Origin: the human T2T-CHM13v2.0 reference genome, Homo sapiens
DNA length: 64,000 bases
Strand: one strand, 5' to 3'
Assembly (NCBI RefSeq): GCF_009914755.1
Contig: NC_060927.1
The notes under the pieces: generated by a model
What the model was told of the DNA's origin: nothing
The model's database searches: none
What the model saw: only the letters and a program-made list of their open reading frames with translations
Program-made: the position numbers and the translations under genes
Shown here: positions 1-13,563 of the stretch, in pieces
Layout: every line of letters starts with the position of its first letter
How positions within the stretch are numbered: position 1 is the stretch's first letter

Positions 1-43
1 AATGCAATGTTGGTGTTTCTTTAAGAAAGTATAGCCTAGACCA

Positions 44-383
<340 letters not shown>

Positions 384-1314
384 TCAAGGCACCCAAAGTC
401 CAAACACTCCTTTACCTCATGGAGACATCCAATCTTCCAGCCCAGAGTCCACAGTGGTTTGGGAGTGGCTCCCCTCTCTTGAACTCATCCGACCCAGATT
501 CTCCAGGGACGTGGTCTTCATAGGGAAGCCCTTGGGGCTCCACACCTAAAAGCCCTCCAGTTCCTTGGCCCTTTCTCACCTTCTTCCCCAGGGTCCTCTT
601 TGCAGCTTCTCATCTATGTGGACAATCATTCCATTTTCCTCTTGATGGTGTGGGAGGAGGACTGTAGTCCTGGAGATGAGGCATCTACAAGGCAAGAAGG
701 CCTTCATGTTGTAAAAAATGGCCCCCTCTTAGTTTACTGTGTGTGTTGAGCTTAAACTATGTTATTATACTGAAAAAGGGAGGGGGTGCTGAGTTGCATT
801 ACCAAGGCCATATCTGTTAACTCAACTTCAGTATGCAGCAGGAAAGCAAAATTGCTGGGAACTGGGGAGGATGAAGGGAAGAAAAAAGTTCCGTCCTATT
901 ACCAAATATAAAATTGAATACTCAAATTTATTTGAATAAGATTTAAGTTAATTTGAGTTAATTAATTTGAATAAGAAGAAGTTGTCAACTTCAGCAATAA
1001 GACTTTGACCTCATATTTTTGCCCTATTTACCAACAACTACTAAAAGAGGTGCTTGATATTTTGCAGCAGATAGCAAAGTACAATAAGATCTTACCTGAA
1101 GAAAAGGCAACAAATTTTATTCCGCCTGGCTCTTCTGGTATGCTACTTCTGCTCTGTGATCTTTTAAGGTGACAGATTTATTAGGTTTCTGGATATTATT
1201 TCCTTGCAAATACTTGACACAGAGAACTTGGCCATGAGAACAGAAAAGATGGGGAGATAACATTTTTAAAGCAGGCACGCTGGATTTGGAGAGGAGCAGA
1301 AAGGACCTCCAAAA

Positions 1315-1712
1315 CAGTTAGGGTGTTCTAGAGACTGAGCCAACAGAATGTGTGTATAGATAGGTTTATCATAAGGAATTGGCTCACATGATTGTGGAGG
1401 CTTGGCCAAGTTCAAAATCTGATGGGGCAGGCTGGAGACTCAGAGAAGAGTGGGAATTTGAATCCAAAGGCAGTCTGCAGGCAGAATTCCTTCTTTCAGC
1501 TGGGAGGTCAGTCTTTGTTCTAGTAAGGGCTTTAACTGTTGGGAGGAAGTCCTCCCACATGACAGAGGGCAATCTGCTTTACTCAGAATCCACTGATTTA
1601 AATGTCAATCTCACCCAAAAAAACATCCACACAGAAACATCTGGAATCATGTTTGACCAAATATCTGGGCACCATGGTCTGGCCAGATTGGCACATAAAA
1701 TTAACCATCATA
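1315..1712 (-). mobile_element. MLT2-type ERVL LTR
   Basis: aaggaattggctcacatgattgtggaggc...gtttgaccaaatatctgggcacc...cataaaattaaccatca. Confidence 0.75.
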
Positions 1713-1933
1713 CTAGGGAAATGGTGATAGGTCCAAATTCCCAGAAGGAATGGCTCCTCAGGGAACAAAATCCGGGACAGTGCTGGGAAGGCATGCACTA
1801 GTGGCCCCCAGGATCATGTCTGGTGTTGATGGATTTTCAATTGGGGTACTGAGGAAGAGCAGTGGTTTCTGTAGCAATCAGAAAGACCAGGTACCAGAGA
1901 ATCTCAGAACCAGAAGAGATTTTGGAATTTACA

Positions 1934-2870
1934 GGGCAGAGGTCGTCAGACTTAAGCATGCTTCAGAATCACCTAGAAGCTTTGTTATAACAGATGGCTA
2001 GATCTTGTCATACTCAGAGTATCAGAGTAACAGTCCAAAATTTTGCATTTCTAACAGTTTCCCAGGTGGAAGGACAATGGCCGCACTGCAGTCAAGTATA
2101 GGCCGAGGTACACATCCGGCATAGCATGACACAGCAGGATTGGAGCACAGGCACACAATCCTGTGTATTAAACCACCACAGCTATGTAGCCATAACATGG
2201 GAGGGCTCATCACATGACTCTGAGCCACTGTTGTCTGTGAGGTGCATAAATGCAGCACTGACAGTGTGAAAGAGCTGCTGAACAAAGCCATGTCCCACCT
2301 GCCTGTGGTCTCTCGCATGTTCTTTCAGCTGCCCTCCCCTCATCAACCGACTCCCCTTGGACCTCAGCTTGGGCCGGAACCTGACACCAGGTGATGCTGA
2401 GGCTGCTGGTCTTGGGACTACATTTTGAGAACCACGGACCTAGGACCTTGCTATTCCAATTATAGCCCACAGACCAGCAGCATTAGCAGGATCCACGAGC
2501 TTCTTAGAAATGCAGGTCTCAGGCCCCACTCTTCACCTACTATACCAGACTCTCACGTTGACAAGATCCCCATGTAACTTGTGTGCACATTAAAATGTCA
2601 GAAACACTGATATTGCAAATGAGAACAATGAGAGTGGCGGAGTACCTTGCTTGACAGTGGAGAGGACTGATTCCTGATTCCTGGTCTCAGCACTCTTCCA
2701 CACCCCTGTGCCTTTCCAAGGCTGCATGTTAGAGCCACCTGAGAACAAACACTGTTGCCCCACCCCAAGGATAATGATGTAACTGGTCTGGGGCAGGGTC
2801 TCAGGCATGGACATTACTTTCAAACTCCCAGATGGTTCTAATGTAGCACTGGGGTTAAGAAGCTCTGATA
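1934..2870. mobile_element. Cluster of MER5-family hAT DNA transposon fossils
   Basis: Motifs ttttgcatttctaacagtttcccagg, tttgagaaccac, cagcagcattagc and gaaatgcag. Confidence 0.65.
2067..2386 (+). mobile_element. Solo ERVL LTR (LTR18-like) inserted into a MER5A
   Basis: TG...CA termini, 5-bp TSD ccagg; flanking MER5A resumes (tttcccagg|tgatgctg). Confidence 0.75.
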
Positions 2871-4102
2871 TAGCCCACATTTAAGGCTTAGTTTTGTATC
2901 ATTACCCCATTCACCTTGCTGAAAAACTATTTGAGATTTGTTTTCAAATGTCTTTCTCCATTGAGTTTTTTATTGGAAAACATTCCTGCCCTTTAGTTAA
3001 GAAGTTTATTTGAGTTTTTTTTTTCTGATCATATCACTTCTCAGAAACACCTGCAAATGGTTTGCAAGGCCAGTCCTCACTGAGCCCACAACACCTAGTG
3101 CCTGTGAATTTCAGATATGCCCAGCCCCAGGAACACCTCCTCTTCCTTCTAAGTACACCCTAGAAGAAAACTCTTCCTTAGCCGCCTGATGTAAGGGTCT
3201 CACCATTTCCTCACTGGAGATTTTGCTTTTTTTGGCGTAGGAACCCTGTCAGGACTGAATGACGACTACAGAAAGAGCAGAAAAGAGAGAGAGCTTCCTT
3301 CCCTGGAACTCTGCTGGGGGAAGTGGGCTTGGAAGATGGTGGCTGCCTGTTTAAGGGTCCAAGGCTTCTCCTTTCTCCTCCTGTTGGTGCCAGAAGAAAC
3401 AGACACATAGATGGAGGACAAGTTATTTGAGGCCAAGGTTGAATGAGTTTCCAAAAATTCCAACTCCTGCCAGGGCTGTGCTCTGTTGCCTGCTCCTCCC
3501 ACTCTCATCAATTCCTGACCCTGCTGGAGCCCATAAACAGGGGAGGGGCTTACAGCTCTGGCTTTGGGGTTCTGTTAAATGTCACTGACAAAAGATTACC
3601 AGGATTTCTTTGATCTGCAGTCCAAAAAAAAGAAAAAAAGACGTTAGATTTACTGGCCTTCCTACAATAGGAGCAAATGTCCCCAGAGGAACACGGGGAC
3701 TTGGTTTCTTACAGGATTGGACTCACATGGGGTGACTCTAGGAGGGGAAGAGGAAAGTGGGGGGCAGTCCTAGATTGGATGCTGTCAAGGAGTACGGGCA
3801 ATTTGTAATCGTATGTGAATTTTATCAAGACTATAGGAGCACTCCAGATGGCCGTCATTGGTGATGGACAGCAGTCATTCAGGTCCATCAGAAGAGGACA
3901 TTTAGTCACTTTCGTGCTTGGAGAATGGCCTGGTCTGTCTTGCCCCAAACATATTGTTGGGAGGTGGGAGCAATGCTTATGTGCAATTTGGAAGCCACAC
4001 TCTGGCGGCCAGCAGGGCCAGTTGTCACCTTTTTAGTATTCAAAACTCAGTGTTCTCCTTGAGAAAATGAAACGAGACTGGAGATTGTTTCCTAATTTCT
4101 CT

Positions 4103-4414
4103 TTTTTTTTTTTTTTTTTTTTTTGAGACAGAGTCTTGCTTTGTCGTCCAGGCTAGAGTGCAATGGTGTGATCTCGGCTCACTGCACACCTCCGTCTCCC
4201 AGGTTCAAGTGATTCTTCTGCCTCAGCCTCCCCAGTAGCTGGGATTACAGGCACCCACCACCATGCTCAGCTAATTTTTTGTATTTTTAGTAGAGATGGG
4301 GTTTCCCCATGTTTCCCCATGTTGGCCAGGCTGGTCTTGAACTCCTGACCTCGGTGATCTGCCCACCTCAGCCTCCCAAAGTGCTGGGATTACAGGCATG
4401 AGCCACCACGCCCA
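4103..4414 (-). mobile_element. Alu
   Basis: Poly(T) then reverse Alu; TSD cctaatttct. Confidence 0.95.
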
Positions 4415-4651
4415 GCTGTGTCCTAATTTCTTACCACTATAATCCCTGTTCTCTTCAGAACAGTTTCTGTAGGTTTCAGAGACAGGTGAACAACACAAAT
4501 TCACCAATCAAAAATGTGTTACTACCACTGCATACTTTCTAAAATTTGGAATTGAGTGTTTGCACATTTCTAAAGATGCATCAGTCAAGGAGTTTATATA
4601 TCTGTAAATCTGAGAAATCCGAACAGTTTTGCTTTATGAAATGAGAATCCA

Positions 4652-4960
4652 GGCCAGGTGTGGTGGCTTAGGCCTGTAATCCTAGCACTTTGGGAGACCA
4701 AGGTGGGAAGGATCACATGAGGCCAGGAGTTTGAGGCCAGCCTGGGCAACATAGTAAGACCCCATCTCTTAAAAAAAATTTCCGTTTTAAACTTAGCCAG
4801 GAGTGGTAATGTGTGCCTGTGGTCCCAACTACCTGGAAGACTGAAATGAGAGGATTGCTTAAGCCCATGAGTTCAAGGCTGCAGTGAGCTATGATTGTGC
4901 CACTGCATTCCAGCCTGGGTGACAGAGTGAGACCCTGTCTGAAAAACAAACAAACAAACA
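4652..4960 (+). mobile_element. Alu (AluJ-like)
   Basis: aaggctgcagtgagctatgattgtgccactgc, a J-type diagnostic. Confidence 0.9.
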
Positions 4961-5427
4961 AAGAAAATACAGAAGAGGGCAACTCAGGCTGGTTCAGGGG
5001 CTCCATGATGCTACTAAAGATCCAGACTCCTTCCATCATCTGCTCAGCTATCCAAGGTGTGTTTGACATCTAGTGATTACAGAACGGCAGCTTAGTCTTC
5101 AGCACCATGACTGTATTCCAAGCAAGAAGAAATGGAGGAACAAAAGACAGAAAGGTCAAGCCACCTGGATCTGCCTCCTTGTAAAGAGCCTTCTGGGAAG
5201 CCTCTTTCATCAATGTATGCATATGTCTCATTGGCCAACGCTATGTCACATGGTTATCCCATCAACAAGAAAGCCTAGGGAATGTTGTTTTCCTGGCTTG
5301 TGGGTCCACATACCAAAACTGAGTTCTGTTAGCAAGGTAGAAGAGGAGAATGGATATTCAGGCACTTTGGCCATGCACCGTCTAGAACCTGTGAATCTTC
5401 CATTATGGAGAAAGAAGTTCCTAAGTG

Positions 5428-5915
5428 TGTTAGTCTTATATTGGTGGTACAGCAAATTATTCTATAACATAATGGCTTTATACAACAAGCACTTATTATC
5501 TCACACAATTTCTGAGAATCAGGATTCTGGGAGTGGCTTAGCTGGGTGGTTCCAGCTCAGAGTTGCTCATGAGGCTGCAGTGACTTGAAGGCTTCACTGG
5601 CCTGAAGAATCCACTTCCAAAATGACTGTTGGCTGGAGGCCTCAGTTCCTTGTCACATGCACCTTTCCCAGGGCTTATTGGGCATTTTCACAAAACGGGG
5701 CCTGCTTCCTCTCAGAGCCGGTGAGCCAAGAGGAAGAACAAGAAGGATGTCGCGATGCCTTTCTGACCTGGTCACACACTATCACTTCTACCATGTTTTA
5801 TTCACTAGAAGCCAGTCACTAAGGTCAGCCCACACCCAAGGAAAGCAGAATGAAGCTCCATCTTTTGAAGGAAGGAGTAGATGTATTTGTGGATACATTT
5901 AAAATCCCCACATCA
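5428..5915 (-). mobile_element. MaLR LTR (MLT1F/G-like)
   Basis: ttattatctcacac...tctgggagtggcttagctggg...tggaggcctcagttcctt. Confidence 0.6.
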
Positions 5916-6564
5916 GGAGTGGGTCACCCCTGAACTGGTCTGTCCCTTTGACTTCACCTTCCTCCTTTGTCTCTTCTCCCTCCTATTCTCATTTTCTCTC
6001 TTTCTTTCTCTTTCTCCTTTCCTTTTCTTCTCTCAGGATTTCTCCCCTCTGGCATACAATCTCCTGTGTATTCAGTAGCACAACAGCCCCTCTCCACCAA
6101 AAGCAAAATTCATCTCAAAGGCCTTTTAAGAGTTCCAGTGATGGATTAGCAGGGAGCAAAGGCACCCGGTGGGGTAGGCTGATATTGATTCTGAGTACCT
6201 GATCATGTTTTTAAGAACCAAAGAGATTGTGGCACATCCATCTTTCTCTTCTATGTAAATCAAAAACCAAAACAGCACTGCACTGCAAAATATAAATAAT
6301 GAAGCCCAACAAAGTACTGATTTTTCCCAAAACTATTTTGCTAGCTTTTTGTTTGTTTGTTTGCTTGCAATATGAAATAGCAAGTTCTTTCCTTCTCATT
6401 GCTATTGTTTTGTTTCCAACTTTGCTGGAGCCCTGCACACATACTTGGTTAGCCTCTTAGGTAATTCAGCCCTGGTGAGTCACATCCAAAATTACAACTG
6501 TTAAATGAGTTCCAGGCTGCCCCTGCTTTACAAATGCTCAACGTGTGAGAAATCCACTTAGTAC

Positions 6565-7221
6565 TGATAGTGACAGGAGTCAGCCAAATGCCTAGGGAGA
6601 TAGGGGCGGGTCCCCAGTGAAACTCCACCTCCAAGCCAAAGAAAGTTTAAAGCCTGAAAGCCAAGCTACATGTCAAATCCATGGACCAGATTGAGAACCC
6701 GTCTTTCCGTTTGGCATGCTTTCCTCTAATTGATCCCCACCCTTCACCTATTTTACATATACCCACACTTCCCTAAGGGTTTTCTACACTGTTGTGTGCA
6801 CCTTTGAGTGTTATCTTCGCTTTAAACTTTTTTGCATACTCACAAACCAATCAGCACACACTTGCCATTCTGAGTCCATAAAAGCCCTGATTCAGCCACA
6901 TTGGGAGAGAAACCCACCCAACTGCTGGCATAGGGGACCACCCCCGCATCTCTTCTCTGCTGAGAGCTGTTCTGTGGCTCAATAAAATTCTTCTCCACCC
7001 TCCTCACCCTTTGAATTGTCAGTGTATCCTCATTCTTCTTGGATGTGGGACAAGAGCTCGGAAACCACCGAACGCAGGTACAAGCCATAACACAGGGGGG
7101 CCAAGTGGGGAGGGTGCCTCCAGCAGCAGGCTGTGGGCAAGTGAGACCTGGGAGGCAGGTGAGGCATTGTTGGCTAAGGAGGTCCCCAGTTGGCAAAGTG
7201 GCTGAGAAGAATCCTGTGTCA
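6565..7221 (+). mobile_element. Solo ERV1 LTR (MER50/MER52-group-like)
   Basis: TG...CA termini, 4-bp TSD gtac, internal TATA-like cataaaa and AATAAA near 6981. Confidence 0.75.
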
Positions 7222-8419
7222 GTACTGATAAACTGGCAACTATCTCACCACTGCACCTGTCATTGCTGTGGCTCTGGCAGCTACCAGCTGCGGTGGCTCA
7301 GGGTGCTAGTTATCTCCCAATATCTGTCTTTCCCTTCTTCTGTAAGTAACAAAAGCTCCCATTTTCAGGTGGGCACATGGCTGCCTATAATAAAGGTTAC
7401 ATTTCCCAGCCTCCTCTGCAGCTAGGTATGATCTTGTATGGTCATGTCCCTAATCTAGGGGGATGTAAGCACAAGTGTCATGTGCAGTTTCTGGAAGATA
7501 TCCTTAAAGACAGAGAATGTGCCCTTCTTTTTCCAGCTTTCTTTCCTGAATTTGGGACAAAATGGCTGGAGTTCAACAACCATTCTGGGCCATGAGGTAG
7601 AAGTCACACACCAAGGATGGAAGAGTAATAAAGTAAAAGTTGCTTTGGTTCTTTATAATCCTGGAGCTTCTGCAGCAGCTCTGGACTGCTCACTCCTGAA
7701 CTTCATTTACATGAAAGGGAAGTGACTTTCTGTATTGTTTCAACTGTGTAACTGGGTTTCTGTCACTAGCAGCTGGACCAAATTCTAGTGACATGGTTCC
7801 TTTAAGAACTTTCCCACAGTGCATACGAAGGACCCTTCATCTCAGCTCTGATGGGCTGTCTAGCTTCTGCCCCTCACTGTCCCTGTCCTCGGGCTCTGGC
7901 CTTCCTGACCATTCCTCTGCTCCCTAAGCATCTGCCCTGAGTCTCAGCGGGTGCCCTGCAGGTGCCCTCTTGCCTACTCTGGAACTCTCCTCCCTCACTG
8001 CCCTCCTCTGCTTTTTGTCTTATGAAGGCAGAAATAGTCATGCACAAAATAGGACCCTTTGAGAAAAGCTGTAAGTTCCAGCAGAGAGAGGAAGAGAAGA
8101 GGCAAAAATAACAGAGGGGCACAGACTCCTAAGGGCACACTCACTGGAAAGTCATGTTGGACCAAATTCAGGATCCCTCCTGGCCATTCTTGACCCTCCT
8201 CACTTCACTGTGAGCCCAGACTTCCTCCCATTAGAGCCAATTGGGTTTAAAACATACGCTTAGAAAACTACAGCCAGCCCTACAGGAATGAAGGGGTTAC
8301 TTCCCATTTGCAGTTTACTGTGAATTTATTTAATCCAACTGTTATTTTTATTCACTTTTTTCCATTAAACAAGTATGCATTAAGCACCTACTCTATATCC
8401 TAAGATAGATATAGATAAC

Positions 8420-8624
8420 TTATGTGCCAGATATGGAGGGCAGAAATCCCACACAACTTTCACTGGACTGAAATCAAGGAGTTGGCAGGGCTGTGTTTCC
8501 TTACGGAGGCTTTGGGGAGAATTCTTTCTCCACTTTTCCAGCTTCTAGAGGCTGCCCACCTTCCTTGGCTTAAGTCTCCTTACCTCCCCATTAAAGGCTT
8601 CAACAGGTCGCAAAATCCTGCTCA

Positions 8625-8686
<62 letters not shown>

Positions 8687-8925
8687 TCCTTATCTCTCTC
8701 TGACCTAACCTAAAAGGTTCTCAATGTCACGTTCTCAGACTCCTGTGATTAGACAGGGCCCACCTGGGTAATCAAGGATAACCATTCACTCCAACCTGCG
8801 CCCTGCTTCGAGGTCCATAACTTTAATCCTGTGGAAAGTCGCTTTTGCCATATAAGGTAACATATCCACAAGTTCCCAGGATTACAGCATGCATATCTTT
8901 GGGGGATTCTATTCTGCCCACCACA
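8420..8925 (-). mobile_element. MaLR LTR (MLT1C/D-like) containing a (CT)n tract
   Basis: ttccagcttctagaggctgccc...gggcccacctgggtaatcaaggataa...ttttgccatataaggtaaca; (CT)n at 8630-8678. Confidence 0.7.
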
Positions 8926-8974
8926 TCCTCCCAAGCCTTCCTTTCTACGCCCCCAGACTACTGCCTGAAGCAAG

Positions 8975-9264
<290 letters not shown>

Positions 9265-9379
9265 TCAGCTGTTTTGCACCTTTCTCCTTAACATTCCCCA
9301 GAAAAACTCCTGTATAGTCCCTGAGCCTCTGCCTTTATCCCTGCGCCCCTTTTCTCCTGGGATTGGGAGGGGGAAGCAG

Positions 9380-10380
9380 CCGCTCCATGAAGCCCTTCTA
9401 GTGGGCAAGAGAGGACCGGGCGGGACGGCGAGAGCGTCCCTGTCGCCTGCAGCTCCTGCTGGGTGATGCGGGGACGCGGCTCCCTGGGAAATCGTGTTAG
9501 CGGCTCCAGGGCTGGTCCACGGCGGCCTTGGGAGCGGCGGCAACAGGCTGGAGCGTCCACGCTTCGGAGGCCTCTGTCTCCCCAAGATTCCCCACTGATG
9601 AACAGGGACGCCGGTCCGCCTTCCTCAACTTCCCCTGTTCCCTGCCAGGCAGCGTCCCTCGCAGCGACGTTGGCTGCGACAAGTTTGACCTGCAGCGAGG
9701 ACACCAGGATTTCTCAGTTTCTCCAAATCCAAGCCCGAGCCCGAGCCCGAGTTCCGACCAGTCCTGACACTGCTTCCCGCCGCCACCTGCCTCCTCCTCC
9801 AGCTCCCGCTGTCTCCCCGGCGCCGGCGCCCTGGGTGGCCACAGTCCCTCCAGCCTCCGCCCCTCGCCGCAGTCTCCAGGGCGCCGGACGCCACGCGGGC
9901 AGCCGGCCCGGGACGCAGGGAGAGTGAGAGCGAGTGAGTGCGGGCGCCCGGCGGGGCGGGCAGGGGCCGGAGGAGGTTGCCCCAGCTCCAGGAGAAATGC
10001 TTGATCCCAGGAGCGAGGCTCCCTGGAGACCATGGTGCTCGCAACCCCTATTCTCTCCCCTATGCACCCGCACAGCCCCAGGGCGGGGGCGGGGAAGAGT
10101 GCACGCAGCTGGGCTTTTCCCGGCCTCAGGGTGAGCAGCTAGGATTCTCTAGGGAAATATATTAAAAGCACGGGAGCCTTGGAGAGGGAGCGCAAAGCAG
10201 CCTCTCCTTGCAGGCCCTCTCCATGTCCCCTGGGACTCCGAGGTGGACCAGGAGCTGTCCAAGCTGGGCGGGCAAGGGACCCAGAGGGGGGCCCTCCACA
10301 TCCCCTCGGGACAGAGGGCAGGGTCCGGCCACCTCCACTCTCAGCCCCTCCTCCGGCACCCACGCTGTCCCCACACTGTC
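9380..10380. promoter_or_regulatory. CpG island, probable promoter and non-coding first exon of the LRR gene
   Basis: Very GC- and CpG-rich non-repeat sequence; GC boxes (ggggcggg) near 9952 and 10081-10094; candidate donors cga|gtgagt (9934) and agg|gtgagc (10131); 2.2 kb upstream of the ATG exon. Confidence 0.8.
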
Positions 10381-10804
10381 TCCAGGACACTGGGGAGGGA
10401 GAGTCACTTTCAGAAAAGACAAGTAAAACCTAGCACAGGGCGGGACACATATACCTTAGACCTTCAATAAATATTCATTAATGATTCAATCAATGCTGGC
10501 TTTGAAGTGCCTAGATATTTGCCAACCTGAGCATTTACTGTATATAAAAATGACATAAATTCTCGTGATAAAACATTAAGTGAAAAACTCAAGATTCAAA
10601 AGTGTCTTATTAGAGCATTTGCAGAATCTATGTGGGTAGTTTGTGCATCTGTAAATACTTTAAATGCTGGTGAGGAATAATCCATAATGTGAGCAGTAAT
10701 ACTGTATACTACCTGTCTTAGCTTGGGCTGCCATGACGAAATACCATAGACCGGGTACTTTAAACCACAGAATTTTCTTACAGTTCTGGAGACTGGAAGT
10801 CTGA

Positions 10805-11137
<333 letters not shown>

Positions 11138-12630
11138 TGAAACAGTCCTGGGAGTCAGGAGACCCAGTTCTGTTTTCAGCTGAAGTAAGTCCCTTCTTTT
11201 CCTTCCTTGAGCCCAGAAGATCAAGGTTACAGTGAGCTGTGATTGCACCACTGCACCAAAAAAAGGTTGACCTTGCCCAATAAACAGTTTTCTGTAGCTG
11301 CCAAGTCTGGTTGCTCTGTGGCAGCAGACTGGAGTACAGACTTCTGAGAGGACACCTGGGAGATGGCCGTGAGTGGAGGAGGACTGCTAGAGTTAACAGT
11401 GATCCTGGTTTGCCTAGTGCTTTTCTGTTTTTAGCATTCAACATCCTGGATTAGACAATCTGTAAAGTCCCAACCAGAACTATGATATTGTGATTTTCCC
11501 TTACCCTAGTATCTGAATGTCTCTACATTCCACTGGGTTCATTCCCCTTTCCAGAATGCTTTTCACCCATGATGGGGTCATTTGCTATGTAAAAATAGGA
11601 TACGAATACAAGTGTGATCTAATTTGAAATTGTAAAATTCTTCCAGCTAATAATTCACATGACATCTAACAGATGTTGTTGGCTTTCTCTTGAAATTTTA
11701 AATTATCCTACAGTGCCCTGTAAATCTGTGGCAGTGCCCCGAAGCGCCTCAGTGTAGTATGGGAACCATGGCTTGAAAGTGCAAAGCATTACTAGAGATA
11801 AACAGGAATATTACATAATAACAAAAGAGTAGACTCCTCAGGAAGATTTATCAGTTCTAAATGTATAGACACCTAATAACATAGCTTTAAAATATATAAA
11901 ACAAATGTTGGCAGAATTAATAGCAAAGTTAGACAAATTCACGTTCACTCTCTTAATAACTGGTAGAATATGCATGTGATAAATTCAGTAAAGATAAATG
12001 TAGTGGGAAGCCATTGGAGAGATTTAAGTAGAAGAGTCATATGACCTGATTTACATTTCAAAAACTTCACTCTGGCCCATAATCCATTTTACAGATGGGG
12101 AAATGGAAACGTGAAGAGGCTTCATAATTTATCTAAGGCTACCCAGTGGGTCAAGTGGTAGAGACAAGACTAAAGTCCAGACCCAGTCATCTCCAAATCC
12201 ACATTCTTAACCACTATGATATATTACTGTCTGGCAAGAATTGTGTCTGTAAAGGGAACTATGCCATTTAAAAACCAGTATGTTCTTGGTAATTTTTAGT
12301 AACCAGTATAAATGTTAATTGCATTCCTTTATAACTAAGTTCCAGTGGGCATTGCCCCTATTTTGAAGAATCTAAAAGAAGGATATGGACCCATGAGTAG
12401 GGAAATTGGAAATTGAACAATTCCTTTCAATGGTCTCCATTTTGACTCCTTAGTCCCATTTTAAGATAAATGAAGCACTTCAAGATTTTCAGAGAAGGGT
12501 ATGCAGCAATATTTTCCTAATATTTTTAGTGGAGGAAGTATGTTCTGCTCCTTAAAAAGACACCTGTATGTTGGGTTTCAGGGCAAGTTACTGTTTTCAG
12601 AATCCAAGTGAAATCTAACACTATAAAACA

Positions 12631-12810
12631 ATGCCAAGAGCAAATGAAGGAAAACAAAAATCTAAAGGGGCACCCCTGCCCATCGTTTTGATTCTTCAAA
12701 AGTTTCTGAAAACATATGAGAAACACTGTGCGCAGTCTCAGACGTCCATGTGTCCAGCCATCAAAAGTGACCTGAAAAGCAGCATTGACAGTGACCAGGT
12801 GCTCAGGAAG
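12631..12810 (+). CDS. LRR gene, first coding exon (MPRANEGKQK...DSDQVLRK, 60 codons)
   Basis: Acceptor ctgttttcag ends at 12600; ATG at 12631 with A at -3; donor AAG|gtgagt at 12811; phase 0. Confidence 0.85.
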
Positions 12811-12896
12811 GTGAGTGTATGGTCTTGTTTTCTTATTCTTCTCTGAAATGAACTGGCTAGGGTTTACTCCCAAGCCACATGGGTACTCGGTCCTTG

Positions 12897-13563
12897 TGTA
12901 ACCTCCCAAGGGGTTCTTTCTGCCCGCTGCACAAATAAAGACCACAGCATTGTAGTAAAAAAGAGTTTGATTGACACCAGGCCAGCCACGCCATGTAAAA
13001 GATGAAGTTATTACTCAAATCAAACTCTCTGAAAATTCAGGATTGAGGTTTTTAAGGGTAATTTGGTGGGTAGGGGGTCACAAGGTGGGGAATGCTGATT
13101 TGTCGGGTTGAAGATGAAATCATAGGGAGTTGAAGCTGTCCTCTTGCACTGAGTCAGCTCCTGGGTAGGGTCCACAAGACCAGATGAGCCATCTTACCCA
13201 TCTGAGTGGCACCAGCTGGTGCTTTGGAACACAGGGTCTGCAAACTGTCTCAAGCACTGATCTCAGGTTTTACAACAGTGACTCCTAAACCATAATTTCT
13301 AATCTTGTGGCTAATTTGTTAGTCCTGCAAAGACAGTCTAGTCCCTAGTCAAGAAGGGGATTTGTTTTGGGAAAGGGTTGTTATTGTCTTTGTTTCGAAG
13401 TTAATCTATTAACATAAACTAAGTTCCTCCCCAAGTTATTCTGGCCTGTGCCCAGGAATGCGCAAGGACATTTTGAAGGTTAAAAGCAAGAAGGAGTTGG
13501 TTAGGTCAGATTTCTTTCACTGCCATAATTTTCTCAGTTATAATTTTTGCAAAGGTGGTTTCA
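12897..13563 (-). mobile_element. Solo ERV1 LTR (LTR8-like)
   Basis: TG...CA termini; reverse strand starts TGAAACCACCTTTGCAAAAATTATAACTGAG; 4-bp TSD cttg. Confidence 0.85.

Noticed and set aside
975-1172. Plus-strand open stretch EVVNFSNKTLTSYFCPIYQQLLKEVLDILQQIAKYNKILPEEK...
   Set aside because: Looks protein-like, but has no ATG or convincing acceptor, no partner exon and no homologue I recognise; the minus-strand terminal exon reading is better supported.
10015-10030. Possible RFX X-box (ggctccctggagac) suggesting a ciliary gene promoter
   Set aside because: Only a half-site match; not distinguishable from chance in GC-rich DNA.
9265-10470. Many overlapping 70-180 aa ORFs on both strands
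   Set aside because: Expected from stop-codon scarcity in a GC-rich CpG island; no domain-like content.
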